From a virus (lineage: Duplodnaviria; Caudoviricetes), in the IMG/VR virus record IMGVR_UViG_2654588150_000002, positions 418-64,417 of that record: 64,000 nucleotides of DNA. One strand, given 5' to 3'. The notes beneath the pieces are model-generated. The model did no database searches. It had not been told where the DNA came from and was given only the letters and a program-made list of their open reading frames with translations. Shown in pieces: positions 38,904 through 49,600 of the stretch. Each line of letters begins with the position of its first letter. Within the stretch, counting starts at the first letter, position 1. Position numbers and translations under genes: made by a program.

Positions 38904-39278
38904 ATGGCACGCGGCGACATCAATTCATCGCAAATCGGCGGCACCAATCGCGGCGACGCGGTAGGCAATCGCGCGCTCGAAGTAACGATTGTGCGCGTGC
39001 TCAATTCGAAGTTCGGCCTGTCTGAGCGCGCGGTGCAGCAAATTCAGGAGTTGGCGGGCCTGCGTGGCATCGCCGACGACGGTACGCGGCCGAACATGGC
39101 CGTGAAGCGCGGCGACTTCGGCCCGCTGCTGCGTGTGCCGGCGCCGAGTTCGAAGGCGGCGGCCGGCGCGACGCCCACGGCGGCCGAGTACAACGCGCTG
39201 CGCGACGACGTGCTTGCGCTGTTCGAAGCGTTCGGCCTGATCGCACAAGCCGTCGCGCAGACGGGCAGTGGACAGTAG
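38904..39278 (+). CDS. Virion hypothetical protein
   Basis: PTAAEYNAL.DD motif; synteny. Confidence 0.7.
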   Translation: MARGDINSSQIGGTNRGDAVGNRALEVTIVRVLNSKFGLSERAVQQIQELAGLRGIADDGTRPNMAVKRGDFGPLLRVPAPSSKAAAGATPTAAEYNALRDDVLALFEAFGLIAQAVAQTGSGQ

Positions 39279-39309
39279 AATGGTGCGAATTTCTAACCAC
39301 TTCTCGACC

Positions 39310-39738
39310 ATGTTCAAGCTGATCTACGAGCAAGACGAGCGTTTCCTGACGTGGGCGGCCGCGCGCATTGGCGTGGATCGTTTCCGCGACGACGCGCGCA
39401 CCATCGCCTACGAGAAGGATGGCGAGCTGCTTGCCGTGATCGTGTTCGATGGGTTCTCGGGCAGCGACATGAACATGCACGTCGCGAGCGACGGCACGCG
39501 GCAATGGCTCACGCGTGAACTGCTGACGGCCGCGTTCGCGTATCCCTTCATCCAGTGCGGCGTGCGCCGCGTCACAGGGCTCGTGCCCGCCAAGAATGCC
39601 GCCGCGCTGAAATTCGACCAGCATCTCGGGTTCCGGCGCGAAGGCTATCACCCGTGCGCTGCCAGAAACGGCGGCGACCTCATCTCGCTCGGCATGCTTC
39701 GCGAGCACTGCCGCTTTCTTCCGCAGGGGACCGCATGA
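39310..39738 (+). CDS. GNAT-family acetyltransferase
   Basis: YPF.QCG.RRVTGLV...N.AALKF..HLGF.REG; operator 39281-39299 upstream. Confidence 0.85.
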   Translation: MFKLIYEQDERFLTWAAARIGVDRFRDDARTIAYEKDGELLAVIVFDGFSGSDMNMHVASDGTRQWLTRELLTAAFAYPFIQCGVRRVTGLVPAKNAAALKFDQHLGFRREGYHPCAARNGGDLISLGMLREHCRFLPQGTA

Positions 39739-40652
39739 ACATCGCACGCCAGCTCTCTAATCTCGGCATCCCCGATCTTCACGAGGATGCTTTCCAGCCG
39801 CGCGGCGGCCGCATGCGCGTCTACGGAAAGGGCGGCGGCTCGGCGCCGGCACCCGACCCGGCTGTTGGGCAGGCCGCGCTCCAAAACGTCCAGCTCGGCA
39901 AGGATTGGCTCGCGTTCGCGAATGACCAGTTCAAACAAGGCAACATTCGGCAAGCCGACCTCGACTCGCTGACGAAGCAAGTCACCGAGTCGCAGCTCGC
40001 CGCGCAGAACACGTCGAATCAGTGGGCGCAAGAGGACCGCAGCCGCTACAAGCAGGTATTCCAGCCGTTGCAGGACAGCTATATCCAGCAGGCGAAGGAA
40101 TACGGCACGCAGGAAAAGCAGGATCAGATGGCGGCCACGGCCGTCGCCGACACGCAGCAGGCCGCACGCCAGGCGCGCGAGGCGAATACCCGCTCGATGG
40201 CGAGCATGGGCATCAACCCGAACAGCGGCCGTTTTGAAGGTATCTCGCGCGGGCAGGAAGTGCTCGACTCGCTTAACAATGCGGGCGCGGCAAACAACGC
40301 ACGCACCGCGGCGAAAGACAAGTCGCTCGCGCTGACCGCTGACGCGATCAACATGGGTAACGGCATGGCGTCGCAGGCGGCCGGCGCGCTCGGGCTCGGC
40401 CTGAACGCCGGCAACTCGGCGACGGGCAACGCGGGCGCAGCGAACGCGAACTTCCGCGCGAATCAGGGAGTCATGCAATCCGGGTTCCAAGGCGCGATCG
40501 GCGCAAACAACAGCGCTGGCAGCATGCTAAACCAGCAATACGGAACTCAGGTGCAGGCGTACTCGGCACAGCAGCAGGCGCAGGGCGCAAGCTCGGGCGG
40601 CATGATGAGTGGAATCGGCGCAATTGCCGGCGCCGGTATTATGGTGTTCTAA
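39735..40652 (+). CDS. Internal virion (ejection) protein
   Basis: GKGGGSAP near N-terminus, Q/A/N-rich helices, Gly-rich hydrophobic C-terminus. Confidence 0.7.
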   Translation: MNIARQLSNLGIPDLHEDAFQPRGGRMRVYGKGGGSAPAPDPAVGQAALQNVQLGKDWLAFANDQFKQGNIRQADLDSLTKQVTESQLAAQNTSNQWAQEDRSRYKQVFQPLQDSYIQQAKEYGTQEKQDQMAATAVADTQQAARQAREANTRSMASMGINPNSGRFEGISRGQEVLDSLNNAGAANNARTAAKDKSLALTADAINMGNGMASQAAGALGLGLNAGNSATGNAGAANANFRANQGVMQSGFQGAIGANNSAGSMLNQQYGTQVQAYSAQQQAQGASSGGMMSGIGAIAGAGIMVF

Positions 40653-40662
40653 GGAGAGAGAG

Positions 40663-41385
40663 ATGCACGATGTAATTAATAAGCATGACAAAATAGCATT
40701 GCAGTTTTCCGGCGGCAAGGATTCGCTCGCGCTGCTGTACCTGATGCGCGAGCACTGGCCGAAGCTGACCGTCTACTGGACGGACACGGGCGATGCGTTT
40801 CCCGAGACGCGCGAGCTTGTGGATAAGGTTGAGGCGATGGTTCCCAATCTCGTGCGCGTCAACGGCAATCAGCCGGAAGTCATCCGCGTGTACGGCATCC
40901 CGAGCGACATCGTGCCGGCGGCCAATACGCCTATCGGCATCGCGTCGCGCGGCTACGGCGTGCTGATGCAGGATCGTTACTCGTGCTGTATGCGCTCGCT
41001 CATGTTCCCGATGCAGGAGCGCATGATGGCGGACGGCATTACGCTCGTGATTCGCGGGCAGAAGAACAGCGATAAGCTGCGCTCGCCGATCAAGAGCGGG
41101 CACGTCGAGGACGGCATTGAATACCTGTTCCCGCTTGAGGATTGGGACGACTCGGACGTGTTCAATTACCTCACCGAGGAGGAGGTCGAGCATCCGCGCT
41201 TCTACGACCACATGAGCGCGTCGCCGGACTGCATGACGTGCTCTGCGTATTGGGAAGATGGGCGCGGCGCCTACCTCAAGCAGTTCCACCCGGAGGCGTA
41301 TCAGGAGTATCAGAGCCGCCTCAACGCGATCAGCGACGCGACTCAGGACGCGATTGCGCATTTCAACGTGGAGATTGGCGAGTGA
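40663..41385 (+). CDS. PAPS-reductase-like (PP-loop) protein
   Basis: FSGGKDS, DTG..FPET, CC, P..DW, CxxC; known in Bcep22-like phages. Confidence 0.85.
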   Translation: MHDVINKHDKIALQFSGGKDSLALLYLMREHWPKLTVYWTDTGDAFPETRELVDKVEAMVPNLVRVNGNQPEVIRVYGIPSDIVPAANTPIGIASRGYGVLMQDRYSCCMRSLMFPMQERMMADGITLVIRGQKNSDKLRSPIKSGHVEDGIEYLFPLEDWDDSDVFNYLTEEEVEHPRFYDHMSASPDCMTCSAYWEDGRGAYLKQFHPEAYQEYQSRLNAISDATQDAIAHFNVEIGE

Positions 41386-42053
41386 AAGCGCCTATCGACC
41401 TTCACGCGCTCGAACAGGCGACCAGTCTCGCGCTCGCGGACGGGCATTTCCTGTTCCACACGCACCGGCTGTCGCCGAGTGACAAGGCGATTGCATGGGC
41501 GCTGCGCGCAGCGATGAATCCGCCGAAAGGCGCGATCGTGCTCGATGCCGGTTGCGGCATTGGCGAGCTGTCGCGCCTGATGTCTGAGGATCGGCCGGAC
41601 CTCTCTTTCATCCTCGCGAACATTAGCGAGTTCCAGCTCGGCATGTGCCCGTGCGGCCCGCAGTTCAAATGGCTGCACGCGGATTGCCTCGACTTGCCGA
41701 TTGTCGACGAGCACGTCGACGCCGTTATGTTCGTGTCGGCACTCACGCAGATGGACGCGAAATTCGTGCTGCACGAGGCGGCGCGCGTGACGAAGCCCGG
41801 CGGCATCGTGTTTCTGGCCGAGATGGTGCGCGAGTACGGCGACATCGACGAGTTCGAGGCAGTTACGACGGCGCGCGTCCACACGTCCGACGAGCTGGAG
41901 GGGTTCGCCGCGGCGGCCGGGCTCAAGCTCGACTTTGGATGCGCGATCCACGACACCGACGATTCGCACTTTCGCAAGCTGCTGCGCGAGGTAGACCGCG
42001 AATCACTGCTGGACCCGATCCGGTTCGCAATCATGCGGTTCATCAAGGAGTAG
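41382..42053 (+). CDS. Class I SAM-dependent methyltransferase
   Basis: VLDAGCGIG, AD..DLP, EAARVTKPGG. Confidence 0.88.
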   Translation: MKAPIDLHALEQATSLALADGHFLFHTHRLSPSDKAIAWALRAAMNPPKGAIVLDAGCGIGELSRLMSEDRPDLSFILANISEFQLGMCPCGPQFKWLHADCLDLPIVDEHVDAVMFVSALTQMDAKFVLHEAARVTKPGGIVFLAEMVREYGDIDEFEAVTTARVHTSDELEGFAAAAGLKLDFGCAIHDTDDSHFRKLLREVDRESLLDPIRFAIMRFIKE

Positions 42054-42056
42054 GAC

Positions 42057-43619
42057 ATGGCTATCAACGGTGTTGGTATCGGCGCGTTCATGCAGGGCAT
42101 TGCGCAAGGCATGCAGCTCGGCAGGGCGTACAACCAGGCGAAATCCGAGTACGACGACAAGGAAGTGACCAAGAATGCGATGGCGGACGCCAACGCTTCG
42201 CGTCAATCGCAGCTCGAAGCGGAAAGCGCGCGCCTGATGGGTATTGGCAATCAGCCGAATGCGCAGGCGTCGCCGCAGGCTCCTCTCTCGCCGCCCGATG
42301 CGAACGGCGTACAGACGGCGCCCGTCGACACGAGCATGCCGCAGGCCACCCAGATTCCCGCCGATGCAGGCGCGCAGGCGACGCCGCCGACCGTTGGCGG
42401 CCCGATCGCGAAGGCCGCGACCATGCCGCCCGCACCGCCGTCCGGCCCGGTTGCGCCGCCCACGTCGCTCGCACCGGGCGAGACGAACATGAACGAGCCG
42501 GCGCCCCCGCGCAGCGCTGCCGCCGAAAAGATGGCACAGGCGCCCGCCGCTGCCGGCGGACTCGCGCCGACCATCGTACCGCCGACGAAGGAAGAAGCTC
42601 TGGCACAGGCGCAAAAGACCGTGCCGAGCGTCATGAAGATTTTCCGCGAGCAGGGTGTGCCGAAGATCGCAGAGGCGTATCTCGCGAATGGCGACGCCGC
42701 AAAGGCGCAAGCCTGGACGGATTGGGCCGAAAAGGAGGACACGCAGCAGCACATGAAAACGTGGGCGAAGGCATGGCGCGCGGCGCAAATGGGCGATGTA
42801 GAGGGCGCGGCAGACCATATCTTTGACCTCTACAAGGGCTACAGCGACGGCGTGACGCCCATGTCCAAGGAAGTCGTGAAGGACAACGACGGCAACGTAA
42901 CCGGCTTCAACGTAAAGCTCAAGGTCGACGGCTCGGGCGAGGAGCGCTCGACGTTCATCGGTAGGGACCAATTGCTCGAAATGGGTGTTAGCTCGCTGGC
43001 GCCGCCGCAGATGTTCGAGATGGAGTACAAGAACAAGCAATTGAAGGACAAGCAGGCCGCCGAGGCTGCGCTCGAAGCGGGCAAGGCCAAGACGAAACTC
43101 GCGAGCGACCTTGTGCTGGAAAAGGTCAAGCAGGGCGGCCGCGTCGCGCTGGAAGATGCGCAGCAGGGCAACCGCGTTGCTCTGGCGGGTATCAACTCCG
43201 ACAACAACATCAAGCGCGACAACAACCGCGCCACGAACGACCGCACAACCAACTCCGAGAAGGTCACGAACGAGATTTCCGCGAAGGCGGAAGCGTTGCA
43301 GGCGGCCGGCTACTCGCAGGACTTCATCCGCAATGCTCTCCCGAGTTTGCTTGGCGCGGGCGAGTACAAGCGCGCTACGTCGCCGGAAGAAGCGAAGCGC
43401 CTGATGTTCTCCGAACGCATGAAGTCTGATCCGACGTTCGCGTCGATGGAGCCGAGCAAGCAACGCGAGGTAATCGACGGCGATATGAACCTCGTTTACG
43501 GCGGAAAGGAAGGTAATCAGACCGGAAAGGCAAGCAACCCGTTTGCTGGTGGTGTTGGCGCCGCACCGGGCCAGCGTCCGATGTACGACACGAAAACCGG
43601 CAAAGTCGTGATGCGATAG
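42057..43619 (+). CDS. Internal virion (ejection) protein
   Basis: G.GAF.QG..QG N-terminus, Pro/Ala-rich region, upstream of the giant protein. Confidence 0.7.
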   Translation: MAINGVGIGAFMQGIAQGMQLGRAYNQAKSEYDDKEVTKNAMADANASRQSQLEAESARLMGIGNQPNAQASPQAPLSPPDANGVQTAPVDTSMPQATQIPADAGAQATPPTVGGPIAKAATMPPAPPSGPVAPPTSLAPGETNMNEPAPPRSAAAEKMAQAPAAAGGLAPTIVPPTKEEALAQAQKTVPSVMKIFREQGVPKIAEAYLANGDAAKAQAWTDWAEKEDTQQHMKTWAKAWRAAQMGDVEGAADHIFDLYKGYSDGVTPMSKEVVKDNDGNVTGFNVKLKVDGSGEERSTFIGRDQLLEMGVSSLAPPQMFEMEYKNKQLKDKQAAEAALEAGKAKTKLASDLVLEKVKQGGRVALEDAQQGNRVALAGINSDNNIKRDNNRATNDRTTNSEKVTNEISAKAEALQAAGYSQDFIRNALPSLLGAGEYKRATSPEEAKRLMFSERMKSDPTFASMEPSKQREVIDGDMNLVYGGKEGNQTGKASNPFAGGVGAAPGQRPMYDTKTGKVVMR

Positions 43620-43628
43620 GGTTCCTTG

Positions 43629-43667
43629 TGGTTTGGTAATCGCACCAGTTCGTATAGAATCGAACCG
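43629..43667 (+). promoter_or_regulatory. Promoter (TAGAAT -10) with operator upstream of the giant gene
   Basis: TGGTTTGGTAATCGCACCA 43629-43647; TAGAAT 43655-43660. Confidence 0.6.
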
Positions 43668-43695
43668 CTGCGCAGTGCCAAACCCGAGGAAACCC

Positions 43696-46600
43696 ATGCC
43701 GAAGAATCTCTTTCTCCAGACGCCGAGCGCTGGCGACATCGAACAAGTATTTGACGATAGCGCCGCACAGATCATGCGCTCTCTGCCGGAGTTCCCCGGC
43801 ACCGCTCCTTCCGCACAACCCGCCGCGCCGACCAACGCGGCGCCCGATCCCTCGCAAGCACCCGCGCCGGCCATGCCGGCGCCTGCCATTTCTACCGGCG
43901 GCCGCGCCGCTCCCACTCGTGATGACCTGATCCGCCGCGCTCAAGAGCTTGGCGTCGATCCGAACCTCGCGCTGTCTGTCAACGGCATCGAATCGAAAGG
44001 CAACTGGAACAGCAAGGATTCGCCGAAGGGCGCTGTCGGCGGTATGCAGGTTATGCCCGCCACGTATCAGCAAATGATGGGCACCGATCAGGGCATGCGC
44101 GATCCGTGGAACAACATGGAGGCGGGCCTGCGTTATCTCGCCTACGGCAAGAAAGTGCTCGGCACCGATGATCCGAGGCTCCTCGCCGCTGGATACCAGG
44201 CCGGCTACGGCAATAAGGACGTTCGTGCAGGCAAGCTGCCGACGAACGTTTCGGACGGCAACCTGACGCCCGCGCAATACGCTGAACGTGTTGCCGGCGG
44301 CGCCGCGCCGGCTGCTGGTGCGCCGAGTGCCGCGCCGACGTCGGGCAAGTCGCGCCTTGCTGCCGTGCTCGGACTCGGCTCGCAGGACGCAACAACCGAG
44401 GGCGGCCGCTATCGCGAGCTTACGCCGGAAGAAGCCGAGCAGTTTGCGAAGCAAGGCGCCCTCGACGCTGCTAATAAGGATGAGCCGGGCCGCTTCCGCG
44501 CGCTCACGCCTGACGAACTGGCGAACATGCCGGCGAATGCGCTGACCGATGGCGCGGAGAAGAAGGACGGCAAAGGCTGGTGGTCGCGCAACCTTGGCTA
44601 TCTCGGCACGGACGCGAAGGTAGGCTGGAACAACCTGCTTTCGTCGCTCGACGGCATCAAGCAGGCAGAGCACGGCGACATGCTTGACGTGTTCACGAAG
44701 AAGTACACGCAACAGCAGATCGACGCGGACCCGAATCTCCAGAAGGAATACGCCGAGCGCGCGGCCAGCTATGCGCGCGTTACTAACGACATCAAGGCTC
44801 GCGGCGAGGAAACCGCCAAGCTCAGTAAGGACAATCGCCCGGCGACGCAAGAGTTTCTTGCTACCGGCCAAGCCGATGACGCTGGCTGGAACTGGAAAAC
44901 GCTCAAGGCGATCGGTAGCGCCGTGGTGAAAGACCCGGTTGGCGTTGTCGCCGACCTTGGCGTCCAGTCTGCCCCGCAAATGGTCGCGATGATGGCGGCC
45001 GCAGTGCTCGCGCGTTTTGGTGGTGGCGGTGTGACCGGCGCGGCACTCGCGGGCGGCGCTACGTCCGGCTACCTGCAATTCGGCTCCGACTATTCGGACC
45101 TGCGCCAGCAAGGCATGTCACACGAAGAAGCGTTCAAGACGGCGGCCGCGAAGGCTTCTGTCGTTGGTGCGCTCGATGGCGTGTCGATGGGCTCGGCCGG
45201 GCACGCGCTCGATGCTGTGCTCGCCAAGAGCGGCGCGAACAAGGCGCTTTCTGTCGTGAAGAAGGCCGGCACCATTGCCGGCGAGACGGCGAAGCAAGGC
45301 GCACTCGGCATGGCAGGCGAAGCCGGCGGCTCGATTGCATCCGGCCGCGCACCGAACCCGACCGATGTTGTCGCCGAAGGGCTCGGCGAAATCGCAGGCG
45401 CACCGTTCGAGGCAATCAGCACGCACGGCGGCAAGCCCGCCACGGCACCGCAACCCGCCACGGCACCGCAACCCGCTGCACCGACTGGCCCGATTGGCCG
45501 TGCGCAGCAGGCCGCGCAGAATGGCATCAACACGCCTCCCGCCGGCCCGGCACCTACGGCGCCGTCGCCTGGCGCCGCGCCCGCACCCACGGCAACGTCC
45601 GCCACGCCTGACGCGCAAGGCGTGTCACGCACGGTCACCGGCGACGATGGGCAGGCGTACACCATCACGACCGGCCCCGCCGGTCCTACGGTCACGCGGG
45701 TAGACCCTGAGACGGGCGAGGTCACGACGGAAGCGGAAGCGCCGGCCGCCGCGGCGCCCGCGAAAGAAAATCTCGAAGCCGTTGGCGAAGCCGGTAAGGG
45801 CATCGTCGACGGCATGTACGACCACCTGTGGAGCCGCGTCGAGGCTGGCAAGACCAGCGAGCAAGACGGCTGGAAACCGTCGCCGATCCTGCAAGCCGCG
45901 AAGGTGCTGCGCAATCAGGGCGTCGAGCTGACGCGTGACACGTTCCCCGAGTTCGCGCAAAAGCTCGACAAGGCGATCGAGGGCAAGACGGGCGACGAGT
46001 ATCAGAAGGCGATTCGCGGTGTGCTCACCGAGTACGCGAAGCCGGCCACGGAAACGAAGCCGGCGGCGCCGAAATCTGCCGCGCCCGCCGACGAGCCTCT
46101 ATATAAGAACGCCGTCGACCTCGTGACCGGCACCGGCCGCGCGTCGCTGTCGGAAGTGCAGCGTCACTTGAAGGTAGGCTACAACCGTGCCGCGCGTCTC
46201 CTCGAAGCGATGGAGAAAGACGGCATCGTGTCGCCGGCCAAGCCGGACGGCTCGCGCGAAGTGCTCAAGAAAGGTGAGCCGAAACAGGAGGCGACGCCGG
46301 CCGCCGAGGATGCGCGCGCGCTGACGGAATGGAGCGATCCCGAGCTGCGCGAACGCCTGCGCTATGTAACGCAGCAGGCCAAGACGAACGGCGGATGGAA
46401 CAAGCAACTGACGGCCGAGCGCAAGCGCGTGTCGAGCGAAATCGACCGCCGCAATGCTGGAGAACCGGCGCCGGCCGCTGCACCGGAAAGTGCCAAATCT
46501 GGCACCACGCCCGCGAAGCTCACGCCCGAGCAGATCACGAAGGGCAAGGAGGATGCGCTCTACCCGCGCGTGGTCGAGATGCTGAACGGCCGCGAGGCAA

Positions 46601-49600
46601 TCCGGCCGCAGGACATAATGGCTGCGACCGATGTTGGTTACAACCGCGCCGCGCGTGCGCTCGAAGTCGCCGAAGCAGAAGGCCACGTCGGGCCGCTGCA
46701 AGAGGACGGCACGCGCGCGGTAACGGCCAAGGAGGCAACCGCGAATGGAAGTGGAAGCGATAGCGCTGCTGATGGACGAGCAGATAGCGGACGCGGTGAC
46801 GAACGCGTATCTGAACCCGTACAACCCGAGCCCGCCGCCGATGCCGGCGAATCCCGTGCTGAACGCGCTGCACCTGTACATGCTAAGGGAAATGACGCCG
46901 CCGCTCCTGCACTGAGCAAGGAGCTTGCCGGCGCGAAGCCGCGCTATGCGTTTGGTTCGAAGCAGTTCGACCTCGAATTTGCAAGCGATATCGACCGCGC
47001 TGCGTACATTACCGCACAGAAGAACCCGAGCAAGCGCGACGCCGAGTATGTGAAGTTCGTTGCTGACGCTACGGGCATGACTGAGGCACAGGTGCGCGAG
47101 CACGGCGCCAAGGTACGCGAGAACATCAAGGGCATGGCGCGCGACGCCGAGCCCGGCAAGCTGACCGTTCCGCAAATCCACGGCACGGCCGCCGCCGCTG
47201 GCGCCGCCCCGGCCGCCGGCAAGTGGTTCGGTTCGCAGGAAAAGGCGCAGGCGTTCATCGACAAGAAGGGCTTGAACGAATCGCACGATATCGTACAGAC
47301 CGGCAAGGTGCGGTTTGAGATCAAGCCGAAGGCTGTCACGCAGATTGATACCGCAGCGCACGAAGCCGCGACGAGCCCGCGCAACGACACGCCGGAACCC
47401 ACACAGGCGCAGAAGGAAGCGGGTAACTACAAGAAGGGGCACGTCAACGTTCAAGGTCTCGACATTACGATCGAGAACCCGCAGGGCTCCACGCGCAGCG
47501 GCACGAGCGAGGACGGCACAACCTGGTCGCACAAAATGTCGGACCACTACGGCTACGTCAAGCGCACGATGGGCGCGGACGGCGATCAGGTGGACGTATA
47601 TGTCGGCCCGAACCCGGACGCCGGCCGCGTCTACGTGGTGGATCAGATCGACCAAAAGACGGGCAAGTTCGACGAGCACAAGGTAATGCTCGGCTTCGAC
47701 TCGCAAGAGGCCGCCGTCGCCGCGTACAGCTCGAACTTCGACGCCGGCTGGAAGGTCGGGCCTGTCACGGAAATGTCGATCGACGAGTTCAAGACGTGGC
47801 TGAAAGAGGGCGACACCGCCGCTCCGGCCGCTTCGGCTCCCGAGGTCGACCGTAGCCCGGAAGCGACGCGCGCCGCTGCACTCGACTTCGTGCGCGCCGC
47901 TCGCGAACGCGGTGCGAAGAAGGCCGCCGACGTCATGCCTGGCATCAAGGGCGGCCGGACGTTCCAGACGGGCGCCCCGCTCGTGAAGCCGGGTTTCATC
48001 ATGGTCGACGGGCCGAAGGGCCAGCAGTTCAAAATCGCTGACCTGTGGAAAGAGTCTGAGCTGGACGCGAAGAAAGGCGCCAAGACGCTCGACGCGCTGA
48101 AAGAGCGCGTCACGCGCTTTGCTTCTGGCATGTCGCGCTCGCGTGACTTTGGCGCCGCAGCGCGCGCCGGGCACGGTATCGGCGTGGATATCGGCGAAAT
48201 GTCGGACGCGAGCCTGCGCGAGCTGGCCGCCGCCATCGCGAACGGCGCGCAAGCGTTCGTCGACTCTGGCGCGTTCGGGCTGTTCAAGAAGTCGCTCAAG
48301 GCCGAGGGCGCTGTAAAGGCGATGGACTTCGACGCGATCCTCGCGAAGTACGACACGCTCATGCAGTACATCGGCGAGGCGAACGCGGCAGAGGAAAGTC
48401 TCACGCCGCCGCTGCTGGTTATGCCTGACGTGGTAGGCGACCAAGCCGCATCGCTCGCGCTTATCGAGCAGCACGCGAAATGGATCAAGGCCGAAATGGG
48501 CGGCAACCTCTCGCGCCCGATCATCCCTCTGCAAGCCGGCGAGTTGTCGCTGTCGGAAGCGTTCGACCGCGTAGTGAATGCGCTGGACTCGGATAACTTC
48601 ATTGTCGGCATCCCGTCGAACGCCGCTGCCGTGAGCCCGGAGGAGTTCGTCGACTTCCTGCGCACGAGCAAGCCGAAGGCGATTCACATTCTCGGCGCAC
48701 TGGCAGACCGCACGCTCGGGCCACGCCTCGAACAGATCATTGAAGCCGGCCGCGCCGAAGGTATGGACGTGTCGGCCGATGCGAACGTGCTGCGCTCGCG
48801 CATCCTGACGCCGGGCACGCCGACCGCCGCACGCACCGACAAGATTGAGGGCGAACTGAGCCGCCGCGCCGTCGCTGACGACGTTGCGACGCAAGCCGCC
48901 GTCGAGGGCACGCCGGCCGCCGAGCTGGACGCCAAGGTTGCAGAGCAACGCACCAAGGTCGACGAGCTGCGCGCGAACAAGGGCGACGGCTACGACAAGA
49001 ATCTCGCGATTGCCGAGAGCACGCTGGCCGGCTACGAGAAGGCGCGCGACAACCTCGCGCCGAAGCCCGTCAAGGTGAAGAAGGTAAGCGACGGCATCAC
49101 GGCTATCGTGATTGACCCGAGCGCCGGCCGCACCGCGCCGAAGGCCGGCGAGTCGCAGAGCAAGTGGCAAGCACTGAGCGCCGCCGAGCAGCATGACGTT
49201 GTGGAGCGCGCCGGCTACGCCGACGAGACGGGCAAGCTCACGCCGGAAGGCATGAAGATCGCGGATTCGCATTTCTCCGACATTCCGGCCGCCGCGCGCG
49301 CGAAGATCGTCGATGCGATGGCCGCGAACGATGGTGCGAAGCCGAACGGTACGGACCCGTTTGCAGGCAATAAGATTTTCACGGCTGACAAGGTTGCGGC
49401 CGCACGCGCGCTGCTGAAATCGAAGCTCGGGCAACTGAATAGCGGACTCGATCCTGAAATGGCCGTGGCGGGCATGACCATCGCGGGCGGCTACATCGAA
49501 TCCGGTATGCGCTCGTTCAGCGAGTTCGCCAAGACGATGACGGCTGACCTCGGCGATGCGATCAAGCCCTACCTGCTGTCTTTCTGGAACGGCGCACGCG

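Noticed and set aside
43633-43695. Extended N-terminus of the giant ORF from the track
   Set aside because: Overlaps the operator/promoter; GAGGA RBS supports ATG 43696. Track starts for recT, the exonuclease, ant, terL, PAPS reductase and the methyltransferase were trimmed likewise
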